A DNA stretch of 64,000 bases from Guillardia theta CCMP2712. Taxonomy: Eukaryota > Protista > Cryptophyta. Below are positions 1 to 13,047 of the stretch, one piece after another. Made by a program: the position numbers and the translations under genes. Every line of letters begins with the position of its first letter. Position 1 is the stretch's first letter. Location: contig NW_005434585.1 of the NCBI RefSeq assembly GCF_000315625.1, forward strand, positions 200,616-264,615. Reading direction: 5' to 3'. Under the pieces are notes generated by a model. That model searched no databases, had not been told where the DNA came from, and saw only the letters and a list, made by a program, of their open reading frames with translations.

Positions 1-1249
1 GTGCGGCAAGATGTCTCGTCAAACAAAATTGACGTTAACCTTCCGCAGGCGTGTTTTACAAATCTTTCATGAAGAAAGAAAATTAGAAACCCGAAAATTA
101 GAAGAACAAAGGAGTGGCAGGAAGTGCTATGGTGGAATGCACTCACAACCATGAGCACCACAGCGGCAGATGTACAAAGACATGATAAACAATGTTGCGT
201 ATTACTTTATCTTCAATCGATGACAAACATGCCATACTCTAGAACAGACTACGAAGAGGTCAATAATTGAGTGTTGGAATAGGAAAGATAACTAGTAAGA
301 ACTAGAAAAAATATCAATGCTTATAAACCGTTCTTTATGGTTCCGATCTTTAGATACAGAGGCGTGAGATGGAAGACCAAATACATGATAGGAACGCTCT
401 CACTTTTCGTTCGGATCACACAGCATGGCATACTGCTGAGTTACTGCAAGACATAACCAAACCGCTGAGAAATGTTGAATTTGAAACCAAAAAGTGTTGG
501 TTGCTTTCGTAGGAGTCGAGTGAAAAGTTTTGACTGGAAGTCCGAAAGATCTTGATTCAGCAACTGGCTGGTGATCAGGAATGAAAGCAAGCAGATTGGT
601 GGCTCACATGTCAGAGAGCGGTTTTTCATACTCCAGATCATCAACCATCAGCTATGCAAAGTCCAACAAGAAAACGAAATCTAGCTATGCAGGCTCTCAA
701 GCCCTCCCTGCTGTCCAGCTTTAATGGCATTTACCCTTGCACGCGTCCTCGATTTCAGCACTGCATTCTCCTTGCCCACCACTCCATCCATCCATCCTCC
801 TTCCTTGTAAGCAGTCTTTGTCATCTCAGCCTTGCTTCCCCAAGGATGCTCCCTCCTCCCTCCATCCTCCTCCACACCTGCCTCCACACAGCATCTCCCC
901 CTCTCCATGGCCTGAATTTTGCCAACCCGTGCGGTCCCACTTTACTACACGTGCGCATGGCTGGGGTGATAGGGAGGATGGAGGCGCTATGGCGCGGGGC
1001 GCATGTGGTGAGGGATGCAGAGATGCGGAGGAGGATGATATCAACTCTACGAGAGACGGCTTCATGGTGAGGAGAGCCGTGTTCGCCCCTCCCCTTGTCT
1101 CGAGTGTCCTCCCTTCACTCCCCAGCATTCCACAATCCTCGGGTCTGCGATATCCATCCATTCGGACGTGTGTGCTTGTCTTCCTTGTTGACGCTCCTCG
1201 GCAAGCTGCACCTTCAGCTGCCGCAACTTGCTCGCTCGCTTGCTCGCAA

Positions 1250-2560
1250 TGGCTTCCATGGTCTAGTCGATCTTGACTCAAAGTCTCAGTGCATGTGTCA
1301 AGTTGGAAGACTCTGTCATGAAGAGATTCTGCACAAACTGCTCGGCGTTCCTTCGGCCGGTAAGACCGTGTTGAGATTTGCACTCTTGCATTGGCTTATA
1401 GGCTTCAAGGGCATCAACTGCACATTTCGTTTGGTTTGTACGAAACACAAGAAGAAGAAGACGGAAGGAAAGGTCAGGGCGAGCAGTTCAGTCAGATGTC
1501 AGTTGACAATCCTGCAGGTGAAAGAAGCGCAGGAAGGGAAGTCAACAGACGATCAGTGCAAGGGAGTAGTGAAACGTGTTGCTATGAGGACGTGGTTCGA
1601 TGGAAAGAGGTATTCTGCATGCCCTTAACGAGCTTGGATGTTGACTATTTGTCTTGTCCTGGATGAAATGAAGTCGAGGAAGGCATAGCAACAAGAGGAA
1701 CGAACTAGTTTGCAAATGCTCTGATTGTGGATGCACCTTGGTACTCCCCACACAAGTTCTTGCGTGTTGATGTCTCACGAGCATGAAAGTTGTGGGGAGG
1801 AAGCGACCCAGAGTTCGTGCAAGAAAGAAGGTAAGTGTCCTCCAAGTGTCATAAGATAAAGGCGTCCATCCCCCATGCTCTCCTTGATCATTCTCTCTCC
1901 GCCTCACCTCTACGTCAACCCTCTGCTCTTGACGCTCATGATCTCATGTGATAGGAAATTGAGGGGCATCAAGCGTCGCGGACAGAGATTCCGTACCCAT
2001 CCAACTGACGCGAAAACAGGGAAAGCGCTGACTGGACTGCAGGAGACAACGAGAAGGCGGAAGCATCCATGCGCATCGATCAAGCTCGATCTGTAATTAA
2101 CAAGGAGGGACTGAGAGCAGAAATGAACCAAGACACTCCCTCCAAAAGAATGCTTCCTCCCACGCTTTCCGCCCGCGCCGAAGCTGCTGTAGACTTGAGT
2201 TACGGTGTGTTGCTCATCTCATGCTATTCTGTCTCACCGGCTGGCCAGGAATGCATGGCAAGAAATTCAATTCACCAGGTCAGCGATGCAGTACCCAGAT
2301 CATTGGTGAAGCTTTACTGATCTCCGTTTCCTGTAGGTGTGATCTCGAAGAAACCAAACGACAAGGTTGGGAGGTTGTAGCTGTTTCGATGGGAACCTCT
2401 AAACACTTTGTGTCCTTCAGGGTCAGACGCCAACATCCAAACCCAGTATTTCTTCACCAGCTCTTCAAGGTTATCTTGTGTATTGAGCTGCTATGTCAAT
2501 GAATCGATCGCAGATGGAAGAGGAGCTACACAACCAGGGAACAAGGGAAGTCTATATGAC
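1250..2560 (+). CDS. Possible spliced hypothetical gene or fragment (unassigned)
   Basis: Several short coding-like segments bounded by GT/AG, e.g. VKEAQEGKSTDDQCKGVVKRVAMRTWFDGKR at about 1518-1610. No full model could be built and no family was recognised. Confidence 0.2.
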
Positions 2561-3481
2561 ATGCTGCAAAACATTCTAGGATGAAGGAAAGAATAAAACA
2601 AGCTGAATCCTCCGGTTTGACAGCGTTTATTACTTCGTTACAATTTGCGTATCCTGATCTGCAGTGATCATCGCAACTAATCCTTGTATCGGCACCCAGT
2701 TGACCTGCTCATGTTTGTAAGCAAGGGCGGTGTAGATCTTCTGCACAAGAAAGGAAGACAGGAGAAAACCCCTCAAGAAACAGCTCAGAAGTTTCCTCAG
2801 TGTCAGTCAGAGATTTTGATTTTCAAGTTTGTATAGCTATCATTGGGGGATGAAACCAAACGATAAGACATTCCGATCCTCTCACCAGTTGCTAGTGTTG
2901 GTTGAAGAAAAAAGGAAATGTCGCCTTTATGTGATCTTGTTGAATGCATTCAACGCCTCATTGCTGGTGCCTGCAATACCATGTGAGGCAATGCTAACAA
3001 ACAACCACACATTCTAAACAAGAGAAGCAGGACAGGCATGAGTCAGATCCCCGAAAATGGAAAACGTTTTAAATTTCCGCATGAGCGACTCAGAAGGGTT
3101 GAGATCATCACTCGAACATGCAAGCCGAGGCACATTAGGACAGCAGAAAACGAGCAGGGGGGATATCCGACCTTCCATCCATCTCGACTTTCAATCAGCT
3201 TCCGTTGTGGAGCATGAAGCTGGCGATGTTGCATCACAACATCGTTCGTAATGACAGAACAGGACCAGGGATACTTGTCCTGATCCCTCAAGAAGTTGGT
3301 CTCAGGTCACTGTGTCCACGACGGCAGGCTGGTCGCTTCTGCGAGCGCTCCAACGAACCGCTGCCATAAATGTTGGCCTCTGCACGTGCCGCTGCCGCCA
3401 GCCGTTTTATTACAGTAGTGAGTCAGTTGAGCACCTTCGGCAAGGCCCGGGGCCCGGGGCACAGTGTACACCGTATTACCG

Positions 3482-3532
3482 TAACTTTGAGTAAAAAACT
3501 GACCTTACCCTTCTTCTTTTTACTCAAAGTTA
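3482..3532. repeat. Perfect 16-bp inverted repeat (hairpin) inside a GC-palindrome island
   Basis: TAACTTTGAGTAAAAA (3482-3497) and TTTTTACTCAAAGTTA (3517-3532) with a 19-nt spacer, flanked by GGCCCGGGGCCCGGGG tracts at about 3444 and 3590. Confidence 0.85.
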
Positions 3533-4689
3533 AGTTAAAAATCAGTACGAGGACAATCAGGCCTTCTTCATGCTTCCGGCGAGGCCCCCGGCCCGGGGCC
3601 CGGGGTGTAACTTCATGACACTGTGCGTGACAGAAAAATGTCTGAGGAAGGAATTTTCAAGTTACGCCGGCTGACGGAGAATGGGAGCCCGCCTCAATTA
3701 CTTGTGGTGATAATATATATTATAACGTGATAAAACACTTGTTTACATGAATCGTTGGGGTATGAGCGTACAACTGATTAATACAGGGCAATCACGCGGT
3801 ATCCCATGGCATCTTCGTTGCTAGCTTGCTCATATCGTACTGAAAACTCAACGATTCGGGAAACGCCATTTGACAAATAAATTGAACCACCGGAAAAAGG
3901 GCTTTGAGGGGTACATCATAAGTCATTCGTGAGGGTGGGGGTATTGGTACCCTTCAGACAGAAAAACAGGGGGATAGGGGTGGGGTGATCCAGTACATTT
4001 CTTGAGATGCAACCGTAAAATCTTTTCAGTACCGGGTCTGATGATTATATCTATTGGGGGTAGGGTGATATTTACTACATTCCTGATGATGACTTTGAGG
4101 GGAAAGGGGTGGGGTACACCACTGACTTATTCCGCATAGAAGGGTGGAGATGGTCTGAGAACCCTTGAATAAATGGTGAAATTATGGGGTATCGAAAAGA
4201 ATTGACCACTTGGGGTGGGTAGGGTGACTTTTGCATGGAGGGGTGGGCTAAGAAGTCACTACTGTATAAAACCGAGGACGGGAAATTATTCGCACTCACG
4301 AGCCCGCCATGGTGGTGATTGCTGTTTACACTCCTGCTATGCACAAGGATGACAAGGAGACTGCGAAAGTCATGCAGGAGAGCACTCCATGCAGACTTGC
4401 TGTCTACAGCCAGAGACGCGAGGAGGAAAGTGGAAGCAGCTCCGATGAGCAGGACGATTCAGAGGGGGTGCTGGAGGTGTTCTGCCCCAGGAAGCATGCC
4501 AACCTATCACCAAAGTCATCTATGGCACGAAAGGACTACAACAGAGAAATTGGCGCGATGATTCAGTCAGAATTTAAGAGTTAAACGAAGGAAGAAACAA
4601 GGAGTTAACCTCAACTTAGCGTTTAGCTTGCTTGGGATGTGATAGAGAATAGCTGCTGTACACTACTTTTTTTATTGATTTTGATTGAA

Positions 4690-5773
4690 CTACAAAGATG
4701 AAAAGATTGTTTGATGAGTCCTTACCATAGAAAGGATGTCATGAATGGCGGACGGCTTTACACTTTGAGCGATCTGGTGGATGATCTTTGAAGACGATGT
4801 GATGGGATAAATGTAGTGTCCTGATTTAAATTGTGCAAGAAAATGTAGCAGATGATATCTCCACTGCAAAACGGTACTTCGACAAGCTATGGGCATCTTA
4901 CTTGTTGATGTCACCTCTGCCCATCGGCGCCTCTGCCTGTTGACAACCTCCATGCCAGAATCTTCATGCTTTGCTGTTGTCTACCATTCAGGGTATGAGA
5001 CCATCTCGCACAGGGCTGCACAGTGCAGCCCTATGAATATCGTTCTCCTCCTTTTAATTTCTGAGCTGTTCTATTTCTTCCGACATGACGTAGATTTGTT
5101 GTGTAGTTGACTGTGAATATCTTTCCTTGTGCTCTTCTCCTTGCGCGAGCATAAATTTTTGCGCATATTTGGGATTTCGGAGACGCGAGAAGGCAGTGAA
5201 TTTCTCTCCGGACGCGTTCCACCTTTAAGTCATTCTGCAGTCTGGAACCTTTCCATTAGTATTTTTCTCGAAACAAAGAAATTCTCAGGTGTCACAAAGT
5301 GCGAGTCATGCCTCGCAGATTTTTGGGTTTCAATCTGTGTCTCAATTCTTATGATGTTCGAGTTTGATGCCTACGCTGGATTTAAACAGACATGGCTCAC
5401 GACTGTGCTGATGTGCTTGTCTGAGGCATCCGCAATGCCCAGGCTCTTGCAGCACATGACTTTGTGCGATGGCTTTTTATTCAATAATTCAAATAGAACC
5501 TCCGCACTGATGACTCAAACCCCCCCACCCTGCATCTCCTTTATTCCCCTCTCCCCTTCCTGAGTCTGCCTGCAGCATCGCTCCTACCTCCCTGTTGTAT
5601 TTCATCCGCACAGCCACCGAGTCGAGCATGTGAAAGGTCTTGCGCTGGGAGGCCAAGCAGAAGGGCTTGAGAGGACCGGACGTACCGGGCTCGTCAGGCT
5701 TGCTTGCGTGGTGAAGTAGGGGAGGACGGGATGAGTGCTTTGATGACTTTGGAGCCACGGCCATAGCGGTCAT
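4690..5773 (-). pseudogene. Degenerate intronless ORF remnant (multi-copy family or mobile-element relic)
   Basis: Coding-like segments broken by stops and frameshifts: IKALIPSSPTSP / FHMLDSVAVRMKYNREVGAMLQAD / CCKSLGIADASDKH. Paralogous peptides occur at 4545-4575 (+) and 6600-6747 (-). Confidence 0.3.
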
Positions 5774-5794
5774 TCGCTTCTGCTACTTTCTCTC

Positions 5795-5873
5795 GCCCTT
5801 GCCCTTGCCCTTGCCCTTGCCCTTGCCCTTGCCCTTGCCCTTGCCCTTGCCCTTGCCCTTGCCCTTGCCCTTG
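5795..5873. repeat. (GCCCTT)13 hexanucleotide microsatellite
   Basis: Read directly from the sequence. Confidence 0.95.
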
Positions 5874-6167
5874 TTCGCTGTTGCTCCTGTTCCTGGGGAA
5901 TGGATACCTTTGTGCAATGCTGGGGCTCTTGTGGTTCGTGCGTGCGTTCAAGGTTTGTCGTGCCCGAAACAAGGTCGAACGATGAAAAACGCGTCGTCAA
6001 GAAGAAGAAGGCAAAGGTTTGTGTCACGAAGACTCGTCCCAAAATGATGACAGTCGAATAAGACGGGCAGTAGCTGATTGGGGGGGTACGCTCAAAGGAG
6101 AGACGAGGGTGGGGTGGTGGCTACATATTGCCATAGGGCTCACTGAATTAACTTCTCCGTGGATACA

Positions 6168-6231
6168 GCCGGTGTTTTCCGGAGGTACTACAACACTGCC
6201 GGTGTTTTCCGGAGGTACCCGGTGGTTTTCC
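6168..6231. repeat. Short tandem repeat GCCGGTGTTTTCCGGAGGTAC, two copies plus a partial (30-bp period)
   Basis: Copies at 6168-6188 and 6198-6218, partial copy at 6219-6231. Confidence 0.85.
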
Positions 6232-6862
6232 TGTGTGATGCACCGGTGCCCCACTGAGCCTGTATCATCGTCACGTGCGAGTCACGGTGCGGAAGGCCTC
6301 GGAACCCGTGACGGCGGCGTGAGTAGGCATCCGGGCCGGCGCCAGCAACACTCTGACTTTAGCCTGTAAAGAGACTTTAGCTGAGTAAAGAGACTTTATC
6401 TAGTTTCGGCCTTTACTCAAGTAGTATGATCAAATCGTTTGATAAAGCGTGCAAGTACAAGTACAAGCAACCGTCTGCTAAACTTGCGTGTGCACAGTTT
6501 AGCCTCCGAGCGAGTCTAAATGACTGATGCAGAGTTTAGTGCGATAGTATCGTACACCGAAGCTCGTTCAAAGTGTAAAGTTGTCTACCCTGCATGACAT
6601 TCATCCGCACAGCCACCGAGTCGAGCATGTGAAAGATCTTCACAAGGAGGCCAAGCAAAAGGGCTTGAGTGGACAGGACGAGCCGGGCACGTCAGGCTTG
6701 CCGGCCGCTGTGGTGAAGTAGGGGAGGATGGGAGGAGTGCTTTAATGCCATCGGGGACTGGGACAGGGGCATTGTAGTCAAATATGGTAGTAGACTGATC
6801 TCCTTCAGCCTGGTGTATGTGAGTAAAGCTACAGGATTCATACCGTACATCGCTGCAATAAA

Positions 6863-9800
6863 TCACACAGGTTCGCTGATCTTCTGAGCGAAGGTTATGT
6901 CGAAAGTGAACCGAATGCCAGGGTAGTATCCGGGGGGAACTCGCACCATGTAATGCTCGCCATTCACAGGCACCTGTTCCAGAATATGTCTTTCGTCAGC
7001 TCCGATGCATGCTGATAGGAATCAGTGTCAAGCTACCTTGATAGATGAATGCACCCCCGGAATGAAGCTCGGTGGGATGGTCACCATATACATCCGAGCG
7101 CTGGGAGGATGCGCTGTCAATCCTCGCCCATGATCCCCATATGCCATTCCCGATTGAGCCTTGTTTTCAAATACGGTGCCAGCCTTTTCAAAGTGCTCGT
7201 CTTCTTCTTCGGCTTGCCGTTGCTCCTCAGTGGTCAGTTCCTCCGAGTTGTCTTCTTCGATCGCATCATCATGACGTCCAATCTTGGATATCCATAGCTT
7301 GCCATCTCCTGATCAATGCAGAAGATGTTAGCTCAAGGAAGTGACGTTGAAAGATATTTGGACCTTTCAAGACGTTGAGCAAAACATTGTCAACAATGTG
7401 TCCAGACATCATCGCCCTTTGAGCTGAGGTCGAAATCTCCGGTCCTTCTTGGGCTTGACGGGCAGGAAGGGAAAGACGGAATAGCTCATCCAAGTCCCGC
7501 GAAGTATATATTCGAGCAACATTTGTATCATCAACAACTTGTCTTGAAACCTGTATTTTGCTAACCTGCATATCAATGAATCATTTTTTGTACAATTTCA
7601 GCACATGTCCCGACCTGACGATCGTATACCGAATTCTCCATCGTTCCATACGAAATAAATCTATATACAAAGACTGGCTGCTTCTGGCCAAGCCGGAAGG
7701 CTCGTACTGATGCTTGCGCATCGTTTGCAGGATTCCACGCCTGTAATAACTGGTTATACTTTTTAACAAATAGAGTGAAACGAAAATCTCACAGCGTCCA
7801 GAATCACAACCCGCGAAGCCGATGGCAAATTCAAGCCGAAACCACCAGCTTGTGTCGTAATTAGAAACACATTACATTTGGAATCTTCTTTGTTGAATTT
7901 GTTTCTGCACATCCACAAGGTTCGAAGTTAGTGAACTCAGTTTGCATTTGGATTGCAGAATTGACATACACAAGATCTTGCCGCATAGATTGCTGAGTGG
8001 ATCCATCCAGTCGGAGGTGCCTTATCAACTTGCAGTCATTCCCTAATTTCAATTTGGCTTCTTTGTTTCGGCGTTGGATGTACTCTTCCACCACGTTCAG
8101 TGCAGAAACATACTGAGAAAAAACTAAAGTTTTTTTGCCCTGTTTCACGGCTTCGTTGAGAATATCCATCAGTACCAACATTTTTCCACCGTGATCAAGA
8201 TGCCCTCTCTCATAGTCGCTGCCCAAATACTTCTGTGCCCATTCAAACAACCCAATCCTCAGCAACTTCTCGTCTTCTTGTTCTGCAGTTTCTTCATTTG
8301 TTTCTTCTATTTCATCAAAGCTCTGTACAGATCAAGGATCAGACTTTCCGATTGATGATTTCTGCACAGATGATACCTCATTGGCCCACTTTGTCTCCAA
8401 TATCTTGTCACCAGCTTCTAAACTGGCTTTTCCATCATTGTTCCTTCCACATCGTTTCAGAGGGAAAACTTCGTACAATGACAAATATACTCGGAATTCA
8501 ATGGGGTCCGACTCTTTAATGAGCTTGACTGAACCTTTTTTGGCATGTCACATTTTGTCAAGGTTGTCTTCTGAATTAATCGATCAGTAATAATACTATT
8601 TGACAAAGGCATACCTTCTGAGCAGATTGAAGCGCATGGCACAAAATATCTGGATGATTAACAATTCTTTGTATGGCAGCATGTGATGGAAGCAAATGTT
8701 TGCATTTGGCTACATCTCCATCTTCTCCTCTAGCTTGGGGACAAATAGACTTGTGATATTGCAGTAATTCGTGATATAAACACTGTTGAATTTCAGAGAG
8801 GCGCGTGTATAACACGAATTCTTGCTTGGGGGGCAACAAAGCTCGAAGAATCGATTCATCTCGTCTCTGAAATAGATCAGAGCGATCTTCATGATAGAGG
8901 AACGAACGACTTACTTGTACAATGGGGGCAAGCTTCTTGACAAGGACATGCATTCGTCGTTTCCCCTAATGAACAACCATCAGCTTTTGGGACCTTAAAG
9001 CACATCTACAAAAGGCATAAACGAACCATTCGCACTTTTGACATCTCAGAATCGGCTAACATGCCACATTTTATCGGATTTGCAAATAGGTTGTTGAATC
9101 TCTTCTTAGTGCCTGCACCAGTGTGAAATGAACAGCAATGATTTTTGGATGAACAAACCCAAAAACTCTGGATAAACGAAATCAACCATGCACCAGTATT
9201 CCTCCAATTTGTTCTATCGAAAATCTAACGACATGAGAATGACAAACAATCTCACCTGGATAGGCGTCCCAGTCAAGATAATTCTTCTTTTCGTCTGCAA
9301 TCCACGAATAGCTTTTGATATTTTTGACTAAATCTCGAATCAGTATATGCATTGTGATCGAGCAGAAGCAGCTAACTTTGTCATTTTTGAGTCTATGGCC
9401 TTCATCTAAGATCACCAAGTCGGTTCCTTCGTAAAGTAAGGAAGCAGCCTTCAAAATAGTACATGTCATGAGAAATTGAACTAAACATCCCACTCCAAGT
9501 AATTCACTGAGTTGACCTTGTTGGCTGCAGAGTCTGAGGAGCAGGCAATCGTTGTGAACATTTCATAACCCATAACCATGACGCCAGATTGTCTTCTGTA
9601 GGAAAGTTCAGTGAAAAACTAATGGATCTCCAGTCTCTCCAATCGGATCAAGAGTGGAAATAAGTCTATCTACACTTTCAGAAAGGCAATTTTAAACTTA
9701 CGTCGACCAAGATCTGATAACTTGCAGTCGATCGCTGAATTTCGGATATTTTTTGGACGAAACCAGGTGTCGAGGAAGGAGGTTTTGAGTCCCCAATTTA

Positions 9801-10815
9801 GCTTTGGGGAGCCACTTATCAAACTCTTGTTTCCAATTTTGTAGTAATGTCGATGGTAAAAGCAGGAGGCAGCGCGCCTTTTCGCCTCTCATGAGCTAGG
9901 CAATGAAGTCATGAAAACATTTACATCAATGCTCAAGACACCTGCCGCTGCGCAAAAGTGTGCAAGAGAGTCACAACCTGATGATAAGTTACGTTTGCAA
10001 ATGATAAAATCATTTCCAAAGAATGCCTGCAGGCTCTTTCCTAGTCCCATAGAGTGAGCAAGAATGCAGCCTCTTGGATCTTTGACAGGACCGACGTTCC
10101 CCCACATGAATTCAACACCTTCCACTTGGTGTGGCTTCAGCACCTTAAACATGGACGGATGTATCGACCCTTCATAATCCATCTTGTGTGCTGAAATGTT
10201 TTCATCGTAATCTGTGATTATCTCGATATCTTCGTCATCAATGAAATTCCTTGGTGCCTTGCAGCAGGATGGTTCCCGTGTGTGACGTGGTGTGGAAGGA
10301 TTCGGGGGATGAATGTCCTCAAGTATTTGCACATCGTCATCGTCGCTTTCCTGGACAGTCTCAATGTCGTCAGTGTTGTGACTGTCTTGCTGTTCTTTCA
10401 TTCTGTCGCTCGTAGACTTACTCGTGCCACTGCCTTTGCAAATGTTATCCTGAACGTTTTATGTTAGTGACTTCTGTGTAAAGGCCTCCGGTTCACCTGC
10501 TTTTCTATCGTACGGAAGAAGCAGGCGAGTGACTTTTGCTTCTTAGACTTCGGTGGTTGGAAATCCTCCATATCAGAGTCATCGTCTGCGAGTGATCTCA
10601 TCAGCAGCTACCCAACAGCCATGGCCTCACCCACCATTGATGGTGGTCCGACTTGCCCGCGCCGATCTCTCCCGTAAGCGCATTCTCACATCCTTCGGCC
10701 CATGCTCACTGTCGCTCTCCGAGCTGCAGGCAAGGTCGATCACGACATTGGACGGCGAGTCTTCCTCGACCCTCACGTCCTCTCCTTGCATGAAAAGCGC
10801 GGGAAAGGGACCCAC
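6863..10815 (-). CDS. SNF2-family chromatin remodelling ATPase, ATRX/ARIP4(RAD54L2)-like, multi-exon; 5' end may extend to the ATG at 13047
   Basis: Motifs in order across exons: LKPHQVEGVEFMW..GCILAHSMGLGKSLQ (I), LLPSTLLQNWKQEFDKW (Ia), LVILDEGHRLKN (II), RRIILTGTPIQ (III), LEEYWCMV, RRDESILRALLPPKQEFV, KMLVL..KKTLVFSQ, RLDGST, TQAGGFGLNLPSASRVVILD, WNPANDAQA..RAFRLGQKQPVFVYRFI..GTME, VSRQVVDD, and an ATRX-like tail HDDAIEEDNSEELTTEEQRQA. Stop at 6863-6865. Confidence 0.9.
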
Positions 10816-13047
10816 AAACTTTTGTCACCGGGCAAGAGGGTTGAGTAATAATATTGTGCCGCACAGCGTCATGTGAACGATGGGGGGCACATGGTTGAGA
10901 GGCTGGAAGGGGGCGGGTGAGAAGCACGCGGCTCCTTCTCAGCGGAGCTCTGATGCGTTCATGTGAAGGGAGAAAATGCTGCTTCGTCTTCTGTCTGCTC
11001 TGCGCGTTGCCATCCGAGCTCTCATGCTCGAAGAATCAAGGTGTCGTCACTGTCCAGCCCTCCTCCCCTCCCTTGATGAGCAGTAACGGGTGGCAAGTAC
11101 AGGTCAAGTTGCTTCATCGGATGACGCATGTAACCTCTGAGATCCTCGAGAATCCCTCGATGCATGCGAGTAGTGTGAGCCTTTCGCAGGTCGCCTTGGA
11201 GACTGGGCCGACATGGAAGGAGCCTTACTGTCCCCCCTGGGAGGTGAAGCTAACGGCCGACCCTTCCACTTCTACAACCAATCATCCACGATACATCGTC
11301 TGTCCAACGGCGTACGTGCCTTGATCGGCAAAGAAGCATCTGTGGGAAATGTTGATGGTGATTGCAGCTAATCCGTAAGAGAACGCCCTTGCTCGACAGC
11401 GGTAGCCCTTTGGTTGGGAGTGAGTCGAGTGACGACGATGTCAGGATCGTTTGAGTATGCAGAGGCAAGAGAAAAGTGAGTTAGATGGGCAGATGGCCTC
11501 AAACGTGATCTGATGCTTTTCCCTTGCTCAGGTTGCTGCGAGAAGCCAAGATTCTTCAACGATTAACGCGGTCAGGCATCTGCATAGCGGCCTTTCTGTC
11601 GACATGTAAAACGCAAGATGACGATGTTAGCAGTTATCGCTACTTTCCCAGGATCATCGCCGTTGATGTGATTCTCATGCGCCCATGAGAGATTGAGAGC
11701 TTCTGAGTGTTGTGCAGGAGAAAGATGGAAGCATTTATCTGAGCGATTGTGGGGAGGTGCTTCAACATGAAAATACTCCTTGTAATGATTGAATTCCAAG
11801 CATCTGCAAACTCTTCCATTGATGTTTCTGATCAGGTGATTGGAAGGAACAAATGAAGGAAATCTTGTCGATCCTAGACAACGTTCAGGTACGAAGGGGG
11901 ATCTCATGACTTTCCAGCAAGACATCAAAATTGAAGGCAGGTCTTCCACAATGACTGGCTAGGGCTCGGTTGGCCATCGTCTCCTAATCTTTGTGTGAAA
12001 GATGGTGTTTCTCTTCCCATCGTCGTATGTTAGCTGATCTCGCACCAGGAGTTCTGTGTTTGATTGATTTTACCTGGGTGAAGGAAACTCTGTTCTAAAA
12101 ATGTCCCATGATGCTCCTGCAGGCAACAGTGGGAAGAGACAGTTATCCATTCATGAATCCGAGCTGGAGTATAGTGTAAGTTGAATTCCTTGCAAGATGT
12201 GCGCTTTGAGCCTGGGTCACGTAGCTCGGAAGCGAGCAGCATGTGGGAGATGCTTGAGGTTTCCTATTTCGAAGGAAGAAAAAGAATCTAATTCACTGTT
12301 GGAAGAGAACAAGGGATATAGAAGAGAGCAGAAGGCTGAGCTATCAACATATTGTTGACATCTGGAAGATGAGGAATATGGCTTTCACGTCATCGAGCTC
12401 AAGGCTGCCAGACGTTTCAAGGATTCATGACAGGCAGAGAGAAACGCCTGAAGTTGAACTATTGCATGTGCTGTGACGATCCTATGAATTCAGCATATTT
12501 GATTTGCTATTGCCTCTTTCAAGGTGCTTGATAGGGTTGGGAATCATTTGTCGACTGTTCTACTTGCAAACAAGACGTTTTCAAGCTCTGTTGTACTGCA
12601 AGTGTGCAGAATGTCAACAACCCGCTGGTCAGTTTTGACATATGAACTGCAGGAATCCCTGAGGCTTTCTGTGAAAATCTCACAGCTCCATCCTTGGTAC
12701 AGTCCTCGATGATCAACTTTTCTTGAGCACTTGACACCTGTAAGGTGTTTTGCGCATTGCTCGGATTGTCAAGTTGCACTGGAGGCGAGACCTTAATCTC
12801 TTTCCCCGTTTTCTGCACCTTGACAGGAATCGATTACTTGCAGGTCACTGAAGGATATGACATGCTACAGCATACTTCCATGCGGAGTGATATATGCAGA
12901 TGTCATCTGATTCAGGTCTTCTTGGAATGGTGCAAAGGATGTTTTCACAATGGAGCAAACAGGAAAATACCTGTTGGATGATTCTATCGCTGTGGGACTT
13001 GGAGGTATTTCACATGCCACGTTGTTTCTCTCTGCAGTCTCTTGCAT
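10816..13047 (-). CDS. Probable upstream exons (N-terminal region of the SNF2 gene or a separate unknown gene)
   Basis: Series of minus-strand coding-like segments (ORFs 12865-13047, 12519-12818, 12030-12242, 11572-11949) with GT/AG boundaries. No domain was recognised. Confidence 0.4.

Larger units (their letters stand above)
5600..6747. repeat. Approximately 150-bp diverged direct duplication (5600-5745 and 6600-6747)
   Basis: Both copies begin TTCATCCGCACAGCCACCGAGTCGAGCATGTGAAAG and continue with GGCCAAGCA-AAGGGCTTGAG...GTGGTGAAGTAGGGGAGGA. They differ by substitutions and small indels. Confidence 0.9.

Noticed and set aside
5795-5873. (GCCCTT)n as a telomere-like repeat, or as GQ/AR/LP dipeptide proteins
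   Set aside because: The unit is not a CCCTAA-type telomere repeat and the array is short and internal. ORFs through it are microsatellite artefacts.
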